Shown here: positions 28,330 through 28,716 of the stretch, one piece after another | Layout: every line of letters begins with the position of its first letter | Position numbering within the stretch: position 1 is the first letter of the stretch | DNA from: Candidatus Nanopelagicales bacterium | GTDB taxonomy: Bacteria > Actinomycetota > Actinomycetes > S36-B12 | Assembly (NCBI GenBank): GCA_041689635.1 | Contig: JBDNFV010000322.1 | Coordinates: 1-28,716, forward strand | Direction of reading: 5' to 3' | DNA: 28,716 bases | Made by a program: the position numbers and the translations under genes | Notes under the pieces: generated by a model | What the model saw: only the letters and a program-made list of their open reading frames with translations | Databases searched by the model: none | What the model was told of the DNA's origin: nothing

Positions 28330-28351
28330 ATCCTGACATGCACGACCGACA
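28330..28351 (-). promoter_or_regulatory. RecA-NDp/PafBC-type promoter of rmuC
   Basis: TGTCGG(28351-46)-N10-CAGGAT(28335-30)-N6-GTG, compared with the consensus TGTCGG-N10-TANNNT. Confidence 0.5.
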
Positions 28352-28387
28352 TTTAGCCTGATTGATGCTCAATCTAGACTCGCGGCC

Positions 28388-28716
28388 GTGGGACTAACTC
28401 TTGGAATCGTCGGCCTGCCCAATGTGGGCAAATCAACCCTGTTTAATGCGCTGACCAAAAACGATGTCCTTGCCGCGAATTACCCCTTCGCCACGATTGA
28501 ACCCAACACGGGTGTGGTGGGTGTTCCTGACCCGCGACTCAATGATCTGGCCACAGTATTTGGTTCCCAGAAAATCATCCAAGCGAGTGTCACCTTTGTT
28601 GACATTGCGGGAATTGTCAAAGGTGCCTCTGAGGGTGCGGGCCTGGGCAATAAGTTCCTAGCAAATATCCGTGAATCCGACGCGATCTGTCAGGTTCTTC
28701 GAGCGTTCACCGACGA
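28388..28716 (+). CDS. ychF: redox-regulated ATPase YchF, partial (3' end runs off window)
   Basis: Not in the ORF track. Hand translation from GTG 28388 gives [23 protein letters not shown]...[11 protein letters not shown]...[26 protein letters not shown]. Confidence 0.96.
   Translation, partial: MGLTLGIVGLPNVGKSTLFNALTKNDVLAANYPFATIEPNTGVVGVPDPRLNDLATVFGSQKIIQASVTFVDIAGIVKGASEGAGLGNKFLANIRESDAICQVLRAFTD

Overview
Gene-dense (33 CDS, very short or overlapping intergenic regions), mid-GC actinobacterial chromosome segment. By eye it resembles a streamlined free-living actinobacterium, but the taxon cannot be fixed from sequence alone. The backbone is the conserved actinomycete block known from M. 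tuberculosis Rv1079-Rv1112 and the matching Streptomyces region: msrA-metB ... ilvA-ABC-greA-DUF4307-mca ... YyaL-like-isoprenyl transferase-phoH2 ... fumarase-glpX-DUF4245-xseBA-ispH-DUF6542-rmuC-ychF. Accessory genes sit within it: sulfatase + MFS; a coupled HExxH metallohydrolase/DUF2786 pair; SURF1-pfkB-DUF3817-ung-nfeD-SPFH plus a 57-aa tail-anchored ORF; and a secreted Rpf/lysozyme-like protein. I found no rRNA, tRNA, CRISPR array, integrase/transposase or clear intrinsic terminator. The best leads are: (1) the uncharacterised HExxH + DUF2786 two-gene module; (2) a divergent Rpf-like muralytic gene with a 9/10 CRP box and a structured leader; (3) a phoH2 5' leader that pairs over its own Shine-Dalgarno; (4) a RecA-NDp/PafBC-type DNA-damage promoter on rmuC; (5) leaderless promoter architecture on about 19 of 33 genes. 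All family calls are from motif recognition and recalled synteny, not database searches. Most of the window is ordinary core genome.
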